From assembly GCA_910592345.1 (NCBI GenBank), contig CAJVPI010000027.1:1-64000 (forward strand): 64,000 bases of DNA, given 5' to 3'. Under the pieces are notes generated by a model that worked only from the letters and a program-made list of their open reading frames with translations, did no database searches and had not been told where the DNA came from. Origin of the DNA: Paraglomus brasilianum. Lineage: Eukaryota. Each line of letters starts with the position of its first letter. Position 1 is the first letter of the stretch. Positions 1-13,970 of the stretch are shown here, piece by piece. Both the position numbers and the translations under genes were made by a program.

Positions 1-2
1 TA

Positions 3-693
3 TGTTACATACTTGCGAGATAAGCAAAAATTTTCCGGGGATCGTCCAATTTTGGGGTTCTTTGACGGGATTTATATGGTGACGGGATTTATATACGACA
101 TATTAATCGTACTTGAGTATGTCTGTCGGTTAGTATCGTGGGATGAAATCGATAACCTCCCGTTTGGGGTACAATGGTTTATAATAAAAGTAAACGCGTT
201 TCTAAAATAACGATTAAATATCTTAACTCGCCACTTGGATAATTGCGGGACAAGGAGCAATTATCCTTCGTTGATATACGGATTTAACGGTTTCTCATAT
301 ATATCAACTAATTTAGAGAATAAAGTGTCAATAATATAGGTTCAGAGTAAATACAAACTCGTTTATTAACAATAATATATGATGTAAGGAATTTAGGAAT
401 ACTATTCCCATGCGAAACACACCGACTCTAGCTGAAATTCTAGCTGCTTATATACTTTTTTTCGATCGGTCTAATTGAGCTATTTTTAGCAGCTAATTCT
501 ACTGTTCTATCTATTGTTTTTCAGTATACGTTTTATGACTTTTGCAGCGCTTCTTCAGTGGTGTGCCTGTACCCCGTGATGTTTGTACCCCCTACTACCG
601 AATTCCGCAGCTGCGCTAGTGTTACCTCTGATCGAAATGTTGCTGCTGCGCCGTCGGAGGAGAAAATACGTCATTGATTTGCGCAGCATTACA
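3..693 (-). mobile_element. possible solo LTR
   Basis: On the minus strand it starts TGTAATG (693) and ends TGTAACA (3). It has a TATA-like GTATATAAG (~446-455) followed by AATAAA (~362-367) and no long ORF. The TSD cannot be checked at the window edge. Confidence 0.35.
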
Positions 694-1157
694 CCGTCTA
701 ATAATTGACAATGTCTAAAATTTTAGATTAAAAAAAAATCAGTGTAATAAAATTTGAAGCAACTAGATTAATTCACTTCGTCCTCAGTTCTTAGTCCTGC
801 TATTAGTCACAAAAGCAGGAGTTGCAGTTGAGAATAATGGGTAAACCAATTTGCTGCTACCATAAAATATTATCCCATTAATTTATAAAGCCATAAGTTT
901 TTAATGCATACTTGTATAATATTCCTTAAATCTAAACAATCTTCTAAAAAACCATCTTACAGCGAAAACATATAGTTTAAATGGGTCTTATCCCTTCAAT
1001 TATACATATAACGGTAACTTAACGTCATTGGAAGCTTTCTTTACCGAATTTTTATACTGACAGTAAAGCTATCAATGATAACAATTCTGCAATGGTAATA
1101 AGAAATATTTTAAACAATCTATCAGGTTAAAAACTATTTGATTGATAGTAACAGGTA

Positions 1158-2766
1158 CTAATTCCATTCATTCCAGTCACCGTTCCAGTCACCTTTTTTG
1201 GAAACCACTGCCAGTATTTTTTTGAACCCATGAATAAACTCAATCAACTTTTTTTTAGGCCTAATAGCCCCTTCTTGATGTACAAACGTGCATTTGAGTA
1301 TGTTGTCGTAAGTTGCTATATTGACCGTAACAACAGGACCAATGGCCTGGATAGTTTCAATAATAATTAGATAAACACGTGAGAAATCAAAAACGGGTAA
1401 TCACGAGTTTACTTACAGCTGTCGATTGCGAAGTCAACATTTCTAGTATCTTTACTTTTTCGTCTACAGGCTTATTCCTTTCAAAAGGCATCCAGACATC
1501 AGCATTAGACACTAGAAGAGATGCTTCCCTTCTCATCGAGTTTACTTTTACCTGATTCTTATAAGAATATGCACATCGTTGTAAGCCAGTGCGTTGAATT
1601 GTTCTTTGCAGATTCTTTGCAAGTTCGGATTCGTAAGTTTTAGTGATATCCCAAAAACCCAACTTGAGACTAGTCACTGGAATCATAAAGTTATACGTAG
1701 TAACGTATAAGCCTACGGCTGTATTGTTTATTGGTGGATAAGCGTACGGTCTAATGGATATCGGTGTCAGGGTAGATAACTTTTTGTCTCTATCCAAATC
1801 AACGAGAGAGTGACGAGCTGAGATTAAAAGGGCAGTATGAATAATCGCATGAATTGTCGAGTTTTGCTGTTTCGAAATTAACAACAATGATTTAAACTCA
1901 TCCGGATCGAGCGACATTATTTTCAATTTAACACGAAAATCCTTAATATTAATATTTGTTGCATAAAAGTCCCCGGCATAATATTTCGATCTGGATTTTG
2001 TGAGAGAGGAATGTAACGTCTTCAATGATTCCGTCACTAATAGTTTTATCGATGGAGTGACATCGATAATCTTATCCCATGGTTCAAAAATCTGAGCATA
2101 CGGAACGTTTACCGTCGATGATACGTTACCCAATAAATTATAATCTATATTGCCGTGCGCAACAGGGTTACGCGTATTATTACTCCCACTAGCGTTATCA
2201 ATACTCAGATCATGCATGACTTTTTTTAACGCATTGTAAAACAATGTATTTATCGTAAGAAAACTGGGTATATCCATCAAACAATGATGGCAACAGAATA
2301 AAATAGATAGCTCATCATTTCGCTTAGAATGCACAGCGACTGTCATCCTCCACAACGGAGCCGTTTCACTTGACAAGTCAAATGGTTTTTCGTGTTCTAT
2401 TTCCAATATCCTCTCTAAATCTTCATCTGACAGTATTATAATAAAGCGAATTTGTTGAGATAGATCGATTGTGGGAATATGAACAAAACATGGTTGGGGG
2501 GCTTTTGAATTTTTTATGCCAATCGACAATGCTGGTTCCCCGGGAATAAATTCGGCAAGGACTCGATAGATAACCGGGAGCAATCTCTTCTTTATGTTGG
2601 CCTTTAATTCAACTAGTGTTTTCATAGATGTTGACGGAAAAAGATTTTTGCATTGGTATCGCACAGTCGTGCAGATGTTCGTAAAGTAATCCATGTTGTG
2701 ACTGATAACGTATGCCTTTTCGAGATCGCTAAGAGGCCGAATAATTTGTAGAGCCGAATTTTCCAT
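1158..2766 (-). CDS. alcohol acetyltransferase / condensation-like CoA-dependent acyltransferase, 2 exons (2766-1417, 1346-1158), ~512 aa
   Basis: N-terminal IRPLS.LE, PFDL....PLWR and HHCLMD (HxxxD) motifs. A 70-nt GTAAGT...CAG intron (1416-1347) joins in frame to a 62-codon last exon (AIGPVVTVNIATY...EWN*). Confidence 0.85.
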
Positions 2767-5599
2767 AGTCCGAAATTTATGATTGAAACGAACTTGAAGG
2801 GTCGTTGAATTACTGGAAAGTTGGGTGAAGCCGTTTTAAAATATATTTTTTGAATAATTACAAATTTTTGAACTGCAAGCATTTCACGGGCCACCAAATC
2901 GATACTAGAGTAAAAAAGTCCTTGATGTTCAAAATTAAATACGACATCAAGCCAGACAAGTAGAATAGGACAACAACCATATGGCAATCAGGGGATAAAC
3001 TCCTATTGTTGTTTCAATACTTGTTTTAAGCTTTTATTCTGAAAGCACGTGTTATACAACTGCCAGAACATTCTCTTTGGAAAATTCTTTTTGAACTATC
3101 AGAGGGTATTTTAGCAAGTGGCAGAATTATCTACTTCCAACTCCCACGACCTCGTTATTATGAAGAAAAGAAATGAATCAACAGCCTATATACTAACATT
3201 AGAAAAGGGGACAGATTTATGACAGCCAACTTGTAACTACTTACCTAATGACGGAAATTACCAAAATTGTGAGAAATTTCCGTAAGATATGCATACAATA
3301 CGGCCGTAGCTGACAAAGCGTATTATAATAACCTTGATAGATAGGCAAGGCTTGTCAAGACAAACTCTTGTTGTTATAATGAGGTATATTTAATGTGGTT
3401 ATCTTGTTGCATGCTGATGTTTTAAAAATATCGGCTTATAATAAAGGTAGCTTGAAAATTAATTTCATTTATTTGCCAAAATTAAATACTGCCCTTCCAT
3501 GTACCGAGTGCCCCATACTTTTTTCTCTGTGATTTAGTAAACTTGGTTTAATAAGTGCAAAAGTAGCGACTAATTATTTAATTGGTAATCTGGTAATAAA
3601 GTCTGGTAAAAATATTACGCTCGTTATAACATAAGCTCGAGTTGATAATGACATCTTAATACATGTTATTAAGTAATAAGCAAATCAACCTGCATTAGAC
3701 ATACTTCTACCAATACTTATAATCGTATCTTGTTAATAACAACAATCTTGTCAATTTGAAATTATTTATACAATCTTTGACACAAAAGTATAAAACTATC
3801 GTGCTCATATTATTGAAGATGATAGTAGTCAAGTCTACGTTATAAGCTCTTTACCTAGTCTAAGGATTAAACGTAACCCTGTACAAGTCTTTACATATAA
3901 CGTTCTCTTCATTTGAACTAGCTTGTTCGGCCTTCGGCAATATCTAGCTACACTCCGATGGATGTTCGTTCTAGACTAATAGCTTTTTGACGGTCGCTTT
4001 TTTACGTAATGTATTAAGTAATCTTTGTGTACCATCATCGGGATTTTCTAAAATAAGGAAATGATTGTCAATTTTAATATACTTGGCTTCATAGTATATA
4101 GCGTTTAATCCATTATCAAAATCTGATGTTCTTATGTTACTGGCAATATAACTTCGCCCATGTGTGTTTGCAATCTAATGATTGAAAACATTTAATAATG
4201 TCTATTAATTAATCTCCCTAATAAAGCGACAAGTTTTCAGCATTGACAGTATTATTTATTAAAGCTAATGTTACCATGCAATGTTAAAGACTTTCAAACT
4301 GGAAAAAAAGCTTTTAGTACATATTAATGTTCAGAAACTTAATAATAAGGTTTCTAAATTTGGTAATTTATCCCCCTTCTTTAGCTGACGGATTTTCAGA
4401 TCATATATTTACTCTTATTGATCCGGGTAACCTGACTCGGGACACTATTTCATCTAATCAAAAATAAAGCCAATTACAGAGATGTCTTTCAATTTATGTC
4501 TTAGATTCGGGTCTATATTGAGAACATCATTATACTCATTCATGCAATGTGCACTGTCATATTTAATACACAACCCCTACGATGATCATAAAAGACACAT
4601 ATAATGTAAAACGTGTTACAAATAAACAAATGTAGAACACGAGCCACTCCACGTTTTAATCGTGTGACTGGTAAAGCTCAAATAATATATAGCATACAAA
4701 TTTTTTTTTAGACTATATGTTTATTAGATATTAATATACCTTTCTAGCAATGTTACGGTCGCTTAACCAATCTTCGACCAAGTGTTTTATAAGTGCCTTA
4801 ATTCAAGTGTTTTTATTTTTGCTACAATTTTGCGCATTGTGATTACTGGTATTATTATGATATAAATTAATTTAGCGGATGACGAAATTTTTAAATAAAA
4901 TATAATAATTGATAATGTAGTGTGACTTACCTAAAAGTTAAAACTTATGGACAATATGATTAACCATTTACTTACCTACTTTGCAATCCATATTAATTTT
5001 TAGGTCTTTTAAGTTTCTTACGTATTTCGATCTTTAATGTTATATGAAAAAAGTAACTTAACAAGCCCTTGCGCTTATGCAGTGATATGATGTCAAGTAA
5101 ATTATAACAAATTTATATGCAATTATTGTACTGTTTATATTAGTCAATAAGAAACGAAATTGTTCTATCGTGCTGACTGTATGTAGTCAATCAAAGTCGT
5201 GGCATCATAATTAATAATGTTGTTTGAAAAGCAAATGATAAATTCTTCTCAATGAATTATCTTGAGATGGGAAAGATTAAACCAATGAGTTATTTCAAAG
5301 AACTACATATGAATTTCCACATTTTCTTATTTAAACTTGTACAATGTATGACACTTAAATTTATAGTTATATACTACGAAGATATGAACGCTGACTGATA
5401 ATGAGATATTTCCCATTTATCAAAAATTCTTGACAAAACATTAGTTAGTGAAAACAAAAAGATACTCCCTAAATGCACGCCCTCGGGATTGAAAAATTGA
5501 GAGCGTAGTATTAGTAATCACGGGATAACATTAAAATAACGATATTAAATGTTTATTGTAATTTATTAGTTTTTCACGTAGTAATAATCATTGCATAAA

Positions 5600-5840
5600 A
5601 TACTGATCTATGCTTGTCTGTCGCATCATATTGGCTTATCTTTTTTTCAAGAATATTTGTCATTTTCACATGTTCTTTTGCGTTTTCTTGTTGAATCAAA
5701 AATGCTTGTACGCTTTAATGCAGCACTAGCACTGATAATAATAACAGCCGTTTCAGTGCTATCATCCATATCTTCCAAGTTACTGTTACTTTCTCCTATT
5801 CTAAACATTTTTACAAGTTCATTGATGATTTGATTAAATA
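5600..5840 (-). mobile_element. pogo/Tigger transposase C-terminal remnant
   Basis: Minus-strand translation IINELVKMF...EDMDDSTETAVIIISASAALK then frameshifted VQAFLIQQENAKEHVK resembles the acidic tail of pogo-family transposases. Confidence 0.5.
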
Positions 5841-5917
5841 TATTATAACTAACACTAACATACGAAGTTAATTTAAAATATGACCTGATGTTAGAAGGTA
5901 CTAATGGCCTGATTTAA

Positions 5918-6093
5918 GTATCAGGATTGATTGGCTAAATATCTTACTACCGTATGGTCTGATTGTAGGCCCGATGTAAACGATCAGCACAATGCGGGTC
6001 ACGCAACTTAGTGTCAGGATTGATTGGCCAAATATCTTACCTAACGTATGGTCTGATGTATGGCCTGATGTAAACGATCAGCACAATGCGGGT
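5918..6093. repeat. tandem duplication, ~93 bp unit x2
   Basis: TCAGGATTGATTGG...GATGTAAACGATCAGCACAATGCGGGT occurs twice with few differences. Confidence 0.85.
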
Positions 6094-7078
6094 TTGGTAA
6101 AATCATGCCACGTTTGGCAACTTAACATACTGTATCAGGCGGGAGTTGAATTAAGGCAACTTTCTTGGAAAGCAAGTATTCTACCACTATACTTCTAATT
6201 TATAAGAGTCACGTCTGTGCACTTACGGAGATTATTTTCATATTAGAATGATTCCTTGGGATTGTGAAATCGGTTGCGTATGTGCAGAATAGGGAGAGTG
6301 TGCATTTAGTCGTATAAGCAGGCGCAAATGGCATCGTCGCCATTACTCGATTCCTTTATTCAACAATTGCTCTCATTAAATAATTCCTTGCGTTTAGAAT
6401 AGCTTTATACTCTAACAAATCAGTAGATTTTCTATCACTGGTAAAGTGCAAATACCCTTCCGCATCAGCAGTATACGAAATCGAACTCGCCTCTGATTTT
6501 GTTAAAATCTTTGACGTAAAGGTTTTAATTCTTATCACTTAAAAAAATTTGTCTACAATTTGGATTTGCTACTAAATAAATAGCTCCAACACATATTAAT
6601 ATTAATCTCCAAATCGCAGCAGCTATTACACGTTCGGAGCCTAACAAATTCCTTTCTTATATCGAAAATCTTGTAACCGAGAGTTATTAAATCGGGAGAC
6701 CAGCAAAAATCTTAAAGGGTTCTTATATAGAGCCACTTGTAGTATAAAAGTCACATGACCGTAAGTTAGTATTGTTTCGCTTGTCGATCATTAACCCTAA
6801 GAATTTACCAACCGAACCGCATAGAGCTAACATTATAAATTCATATGCTTATTAGAAAATGTCTTATCCAACCAACCCTAAAGTTACAATACTTAGTTAC
6901 TTTGGAGAGTCGGCACCATGAAGAATCAGATCTCAGCGGGGAGGATATGAATGTGAACTAGAGCAAGAAAAAACAAAATAATAAAAGCTCTGAAGATGAA
7001 CAAAACTGTATGTAAGAGTTTACAAGAAGTGTGGGAAAAGGAAAAAGTAGGAGGGGAAGCACGAGTTTAAGAGACATA

Positions 7079-8279
7079 CAGTGTGTAACAAAAAAAAACC
7101 AGATATTTTTATTTTGCCAATTTTCATAAATAATGGGTCATTTGAAAGATGAAAACGACCAAATTTATTTGATAATAATTAATAAAAAATCCGGTTCTCC
7201 ATTCTTCTCAATAATGAGCTTACAACGTCGTTTTATTGATCCCACCAAATTAATTAACATGCTTTCCGGAATTCTATTCCACTCCACCATAAAACTCTCT
7301 CTCTAGTTTGCCAAGATTTTTTAGCATTCGCCCTTTACATTTATTTTTAACAACTCCCCAATTGTTTCTATCGGGTTTAAATCGGGAACATTCGATGGCC
7401 AGTCCATTACCACCGGAATATTTTCTTTCAAAAATTCGTGGCAAGACGACTCGTGTGTTTTGAATCGTTGTCTTGCTGGAGTCTCCACCTACCTTCAAGC
7501 CTATTTACTTCTGTAATGTGTTTCTGGAAGATTTCTACGTAAAACTTGGCATCCATTACCCTCCGGAAACAAAATAAACTTGTTTTACCGACTGCAAAAA
7601 ATCCGCCCCATGCAAGGATTCTTTGGGCATGGGACGAATCAGCCGTTTGTCTTTATACCAACGTTCCGGTAAAGTTGGAACGCGGTTTCATCGGAAAATA
7701 ATATCTTCCTTTAAGTGTTGACGCGCCCACTCAACACATCTTTGCTTACGGGCTTTGGTTAGCATAGGTGTTCGTTTAGGCAATGCTTTCGAGTACCCAT
7801 AAGTGGTCAGGTGCCTCGAAATTGTTATGTGCGACACATCAACACCCGTATTTGACACTTTACGGGCTAAAGTCCGCGTGGATATTGAGTCATTTCTCCG
7901 TATTGACTGTCCGATTATCTTGGAGGGTTTTCCGGTTATTTTCCTGAGACGACCATTGCCTCGCGTGTGATCCATTGTTCCTTTTCTTTATGTTATCATA
8001 AACGGTGGAAAGGGAGATGTTTGTTTGGCGATAAATTTCTTGGCTCATCGCGAATACCCCCATTCTACAAAAGTAATATACTTTGACGTTGTGTTTCTTG
8101 CTTAGAAGCGGGCATTGCGTCTGTATATTAAATAAAAGTTGCGTTAAGAATCAGGGTTGTAAACAACCTCAAATATATTCCTGATTATTGTGTTTATTTT
8201 CTATTTTACATCTCCCTAATCAAACGCGTGGGACGCGTTTACGTCGCATAAAAAAATCCGGTTTTTTTGTTACACACTG
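7079..8279 (-). mobile_element. Tc1/mariner (Tc1-type) DNA transposon with both TIRs and a decayed transposase
   Basis: TIRs CAGTGTGTAACAAAAAAA / TTTTTTTGTTACACACTG, flanked by TA at 7077-78 and 8280-81. HTH_Tc3-like ORF 7688-7975. Frameshifted catalytic pieces QQDNDSKH and WPSNVPDLNPIE. Confidence 0.92.
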
Positions 8280-10723
8280 TAATTGTCTGTATTCAAATCC
8301 TCAATGACTTATTTGTTGATTCCTTAGATCACAATAAAGTAAGGAAAAAAAATAGTCTGAGAATATGGTACTCTAATAAAGCAGGATTTGTATAAAATTT
8401 TTTCACATGCACATTATTCTTCAATAACATATCCTTTAACTATGTGATTGGGCTTAGTTAAATCTCCAAGACAAGGCAAATTACTTTCTTAATACTAAAG
8501 TACAATAACATAGTAATAATATTCTCAACAAAATTAAGCCCAAAATTTGGCCTAAATATGATATTAAGAAATAAACGCGTTTAGTGTAGAATAAATCCCT
8601 CGAACCTATAGCTTTCGAAACGAATTCCATTGAAAGAAATAGACGTAGTAATTAAGGCTAATAATAATATAGGGATAGCGTATACAAAACCGATTTACTA
8701 TCGGGAGTATTTGAAACCCAACTTTAAGTGGTTTAGTGAGAGTAATCTCAAGATCGATATACGAAAAAAGTTATCGGACGAATAAAAGAAAGGAATCTGA
8801 TATGAAAAAAAAAGAGTCCAGCATCAAACGTCCGGATTATCATTAAAGAAGGACAAATTAAAGGCAGTTGACTGTAAAGTTAGGAAATACCGCCAACACC
8901 GCGTACACTGACTACGACGACAACACATCAGCTCAAGACGTAATACAGTGGCACATCCATGAATGCACGCCCTTGGGACTCAGTATTTGTGTACACGTAA
9001 GGAGGATGTGCGCTTATAAAATAACGAATAGAAAACCAGACATTATTACACTTTAATAACTACTTCTTTTATTATCAAAACTTCCGAATTTAGCGATCAC
9101 ATTCTAATTCAAGCCATACTTTAAAAAAAGATTTGTTAATGTTAGTTTGGCGTAGTAAATTTGTTCAATATTTCGTAATAAGGTTGAATAATTCTCTGCG
9201 CGAACAATTATATTGTGCATCTATTTCTTTATCTTCTGTTCTGTTTAATGTGGAAACAGTGACTAAATTTTGATTAAATATTCGAGTAATTATACTATTT
9301 TAAGAAACAGTTATTGTTATGCACATATTGTTTCATAGTAGTGGCGATGCAGATTTATAAGTGAACTAGCATTGCACTATTGTATTGATTGAAATCGCGA
9401 CAATTTAATTGACCGACTGAAATTTCACGTGTGTACACTAATGGAGGATATCTGGGACTCAAAATCTCTTGCACGTGTAGAATATGGAGAATGTGCATTT
9501 ATGAGTGCACTTATGAAGGTGCCATTGTATTAATATTAAGCGTTGTTAATAACATTTCTGAAAAATATATATAAGCGGCGTAGATTTCAGCTAGATTCTG
9601 TGTGCGTGTGTGTGTTTAGTTACTTTCGATTTCTTTATTATTATAACAATGAACGAGTAGTTTTTATACTCTGAAATACATTATTAATATTAATGATCCG
9701 TTGCTTACTCCAGAACGCGTTCATTGTAGATAGAATTACGATCATAACCCAATCTGTAGACTACCGATTTAATCCCACTCGAGGACGGATTAATTATCGA
9801 AGATTAGTGTCTACACATTGACACTGAAGTCGTTGAAGGTCACTAACTGTCATTCTTATTTAACCAAAGTCGGAAAAGCCACAGCTCCGTCCAAGGGATA
9901 ATTAAAACCAATAAATAGATTGCTTTCCCGCGATTGTTGACTCGACAGCATTAGTATTAGTATTAGTATACTTTATTTTATCTGGTTAACCATTTAAACA
10001 TTATAATATTACAAGCGAACATAAATTTATACGGCATTCAATTATTATGTATACAATGACATCTACTACCATTTAGACCAACCCAAACAGTCATAAAACA
10101 TGGGAATTATACTTAAGAGGTTTCTTTATTTCAAATCTCTAGCGCTCTCGAGCACAATATAAAGAAATAATGTGCTTGATTGTATTGTGAATCAAAATAT
10201 TTTATACAAAAATATTGATTTTGGAATCTCAAGACTCGACATAAAAAGGACAAATACAAATCTTGAATCTTAAGTAATAAAGTCTCGAAATAGTTTTGTT
10301 GCTTAAAAAAGATAAATATATAAGATAATAATTTGATAAGTTATGGTATGACAATTGAGAATTCGTAGTAGTATATTACATGCTACTATTTGCTTGCTGG
10401 AGGACAATTCCAGACTTTAAGAATAAACATTATTTCTCCAACTATTTATGTTGTATCTCCGTTCAAGGCCATTCTCAGTTATAGACTGAGAATGGAATTG
10501 AACTGAGATACAACAGTTCTAAATGTGTGGGAATATTCAAAAGTTTGTTCGAAATAAAAGAAAATAAATTATTAAAAACAAAGGGTTTGATTAATATGCT
10601 CAAACATTGGAACAAATAATTGGCCTAATAATGTTTCTTCTTAAAGGCTGGAATTGTACACTAGAAAGCAAAAAGGAAAATGTAATACAATAAGACGAAT
10701 AAATACAAAGACTCTCAAGGAGT

Positions 10724-11065
10724 CTATTGATTGCTGTCATTGCCATAGTGGATGTCGTTTAATGAGGGGACAAGCGCACCCTCGAAAGAATTGTCGTCAT
10801 CCTCGTCGCCGAACAATGTCAAGTCGTTGACGTCGTCGAATAAAGCAGAGCCGTCATCCTCGTCGATGCCGAATAATGCAAAGTCCTTTAGAGATTTGTT
10901 ATTGTATTCTCCCATCGTATTAGTCTCAACGCTGCTGTGCTTATTTTCAGGATTTGAGCCATAACTTGGCTCTTCTTTCGATATTGCACTTTGTGGTGGG
11001 GTCGGTAGCAAATGGCCGACATCAGTTTCGGTAGTTTGGAGGAGGGTTGAGACGTTTGCATTCAT
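10724..11065 (-). CDS. small acidic, probably disordered protein (113 aa) with LLPTPPQS phosphodegron-like motif
   Basis: ATG-initiated ORF with locally higher GC, a pyrimidine-rich leader and an in-frame stop just upstream. Internal repeat D(F/L)xLFG-DEDD. Confidence 0.55.
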   Translation of the reverse strand: MNANVSTLLQTTETDVGHLLPTPPQSAISKEEPSYGSNPENKHSSVETNTMGEYNNKSLKDFALFGIDEDDGSALFDDVNDLTLFGDEDDDNSFEGALVPSLNDIHYGNDSNQ

Positions 11066-11893
11066 TATGGTGATGTGATGGATTATGTTCCTTGTTGAAT
11101 ATTACGAAAAATTATACACAAGACGAGGACAACGACTACGATTATGATATATTTTGAAATGTAATTGATATTCGGAGAAAGAGATGGCTGGAGTATGGAG
11201 ATAGTTGGGGGGAGGGTCGTTTATCAATCAAGCAGGTTGGGTAGGACAGTATGCAGCAATTAAAGTACAACGTTACAATATGCATATAAATGAGTACTTT
11301 TTTGTAAATTAGTATTGTTCATACACCTTTACAATGCAAACAAACGATATTACATCATTGAATATAGTTCTACATAAACTCTTGCATAGACGTTGTTTTA
11401 ATTTAGACATCTTTAGTAAAACTCTTTTCACTGTAAACGTATGTATGTCTCGTTCTTAAAGTTGAACACATTCCATAAGCAATCCTCACATCTAGTAGCG
11501 TATTCATGTAAAATAGAGCACTAGTTATCCCGAAGAAAAAATCCAATCTCGTTGAGAAACAGTATAAGCATTCTTTTCGTCGATAATCAGCGCAAAACCC
11601 CAATCATCATCTATATGCATCATGGTGTGATGACAAACTATACTGTCACTATCCTCTTAATTAGGTTAGCTTATTAGAAGCGGTCGAGTATACGAAAATT
11701 TTTATTGCACATCCATACTTTACGCACTTCTATCCTTTGTGTATAAATACACACGAATTTTTCGAAATGGGTGAATCTCTGGTTTGTTGAGTAAAGGGAA
11801 AATCAATTTATGGAATTAATACTGCGCTTCTTGAACAAACCATCTTTGTGTACACTTTTTCATCTACGGGAAGAAAGAAACAAGCTGTGAAGA

Positions 11894-11928
11894 AAGAATA
11901 GGCGACATTTCTAATGTCGCCTATTCTT
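11894..11928. repeat. perfect hairpin, 16-bp stem and 3-nt loop
   Basis: AAGAATAGGCGACATT-TCT-AATGTCGCCTATTCTT. Confidence 0.9.
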
Positions 11929-13823
11929 ACGTAAACGCATAAGTTTATATTTTAAACAGAACAGTGTTTATCGTCTTATATGGTAAGTAATACTCCGGAT
12001 AACTCCGGATACTCCGAAACCATGTTACACGATTATCGTCAGGTGACAGAACGAGGTGACGTCACATTATTTATCGGTCACATGTCAACTTTGTATACCG
12101 TTCATTATGAAACTTTCCATATACCGTTCTGGCCGGACACAGAGAGTATGCCAACCCCTCCGGTATAAACACAAAATTTTAGTTATGGATAATTGAAGTA
12201 AACTATTACGTTTTCGTGTTCTATGATTCTTTCAATACTTTAGAGTAACTTATGATGTGGTTTAAACTTAGTAACAGCCCATTCTACGGCTCTACCCTTA
12301 ATCCCTTGTCGTATACTTCCATGACTTACTGACAAACTTGCGAATCGTGGTTAATGAGAAATTCAGGAAGCTGTCTCTATAAGTCAGCAATAATTATAGT
12401 TACAAAGGCGTCTAGTTTTCCATTTTATATAAACCCAGTATTGAATTTGGGTATCGTTGATTTCACTAGCTGGTATTTTATATAATCTTTGCCATACACT
12501 TTCTTTATCCTCTTGAACTATTATACTTTGATTGCAATTAGTTACCATTAAATTATCTCGCCGAAAGACATTTATTATTACAAATCGAAACGAAAATTCA
12601 ATTCGGTTACAAAAAACCCGATTTTACGAAAAACATTAAGCCTGAATGAATAAATTCCACCAATAAATTCGAGTTTCAAGTTTTGCTTATACTGGATCAT
12701 AAAAGTAACCCAAGTTTAAAAGTTTATAACTTTTCGTACAGACCACCGGTAATTTTGTGGACCTTATCATGAAGAAAATTACCGGTCAGTTTTTAAAATA
12801 TAAATTTTTTGGGAGTTGAAACGTTTTAAAGTCATGCCATTTTATTGTCGAGTTATGACTTCCGGCACCATATCCCCCACAAATTATAGCGCTAATTGTT
12901 AATTGATATCTATTGTCAACCTTACTATTACTTACTGTATTTTTGTTACCATTTTATCCTCTCCATCCGAGACGACACTTACCCAGATTTATAACTCTTT
13001 ATGCATCCCCTGTTTCTATTGCTCGCGCTTATTATTCTGTCTCCCTATCTATCTACAAACCAGTTTAGGGTCGATCTGCTGATACAAATCCTTTTGCAGA
13101 ATATCGATCACCCACCGAAGAACATTTTACTCTACTCTGGCATAATCGGTGCATTTTTGCAAAAAGCTGACTTATCTGCTCTTGACAGATGAGGTGGTTC
13201 TTTAGAGAAGGTTAATTAGCTTTATATTGATAATAAAGTAGTTTCTAACATCTTAATAAGCGTGCATAAAACACACATCTATTTCAATTGCCAGTAATCG
13301 CCGATAGAGCCGGAAACCTTAATGCAAAAGTGTTCGATTTGGCTTACAATACGATTAATATTTAATTGAGAAACGCGCGTTATACTGTAGTTGTTACTCT
13401 TACAGCCATCCCGCTAGTAGAAAAATAGTCGTACTTGAAGACGTCTGACGTATGGCCTACAGTTTCGACTTATTTGCTTAATAAATTTTTAAAATTAGCT
13501 AATTTTATTTTGAAATATAACATTAATAACGCTTTCAACAGTTTCAAAGCAAATTTTTGCTTTGCAAAATTTACTGCATTGCTTACCACCATTATTTTTT
13601 TTTCCTGTTCTGTATCAGCAAACAACAAAGAAACATAAACATAATACTGAACAATGCAGAAAAACTTCTTTTTAGCATAATGCTAGTCTATACACTAATG
13701 TAATGCTGATTTTATTGATGTTGATGTGATATCAAAGTTGATTTATATAATCTATATAATGTGAACTCCGTTCTGTAACCAACGTTGCTAATAGAAAAAA
13801 GTTGATGTTAACGGGATGAATAT

Positions 13824-13903
13824 TGTTGTACCTCAGTTGGAGACCTGTCTCGGTTCTCGAGACAATTGAGCTCTGGACTGAGTGTCTGGGTTTCGGGACA
13901 ACA
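13824..13903. mobile_element. TGTTG...CAACA mini-element, copy 1
   Basis: TGTTGTACCTCAGTT...TGAGCTCTGGACTGAG...CAACA, homologous to copies at 17490, 33513 and 39916. Confidence 0.75.
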
Positions 13904-13970
13904 TAAATACAGATGCTTTCTACGCTGTGCTTGTTTTCCGCCTTCCAATGTAGTTGTTACGGTCGGGAAT

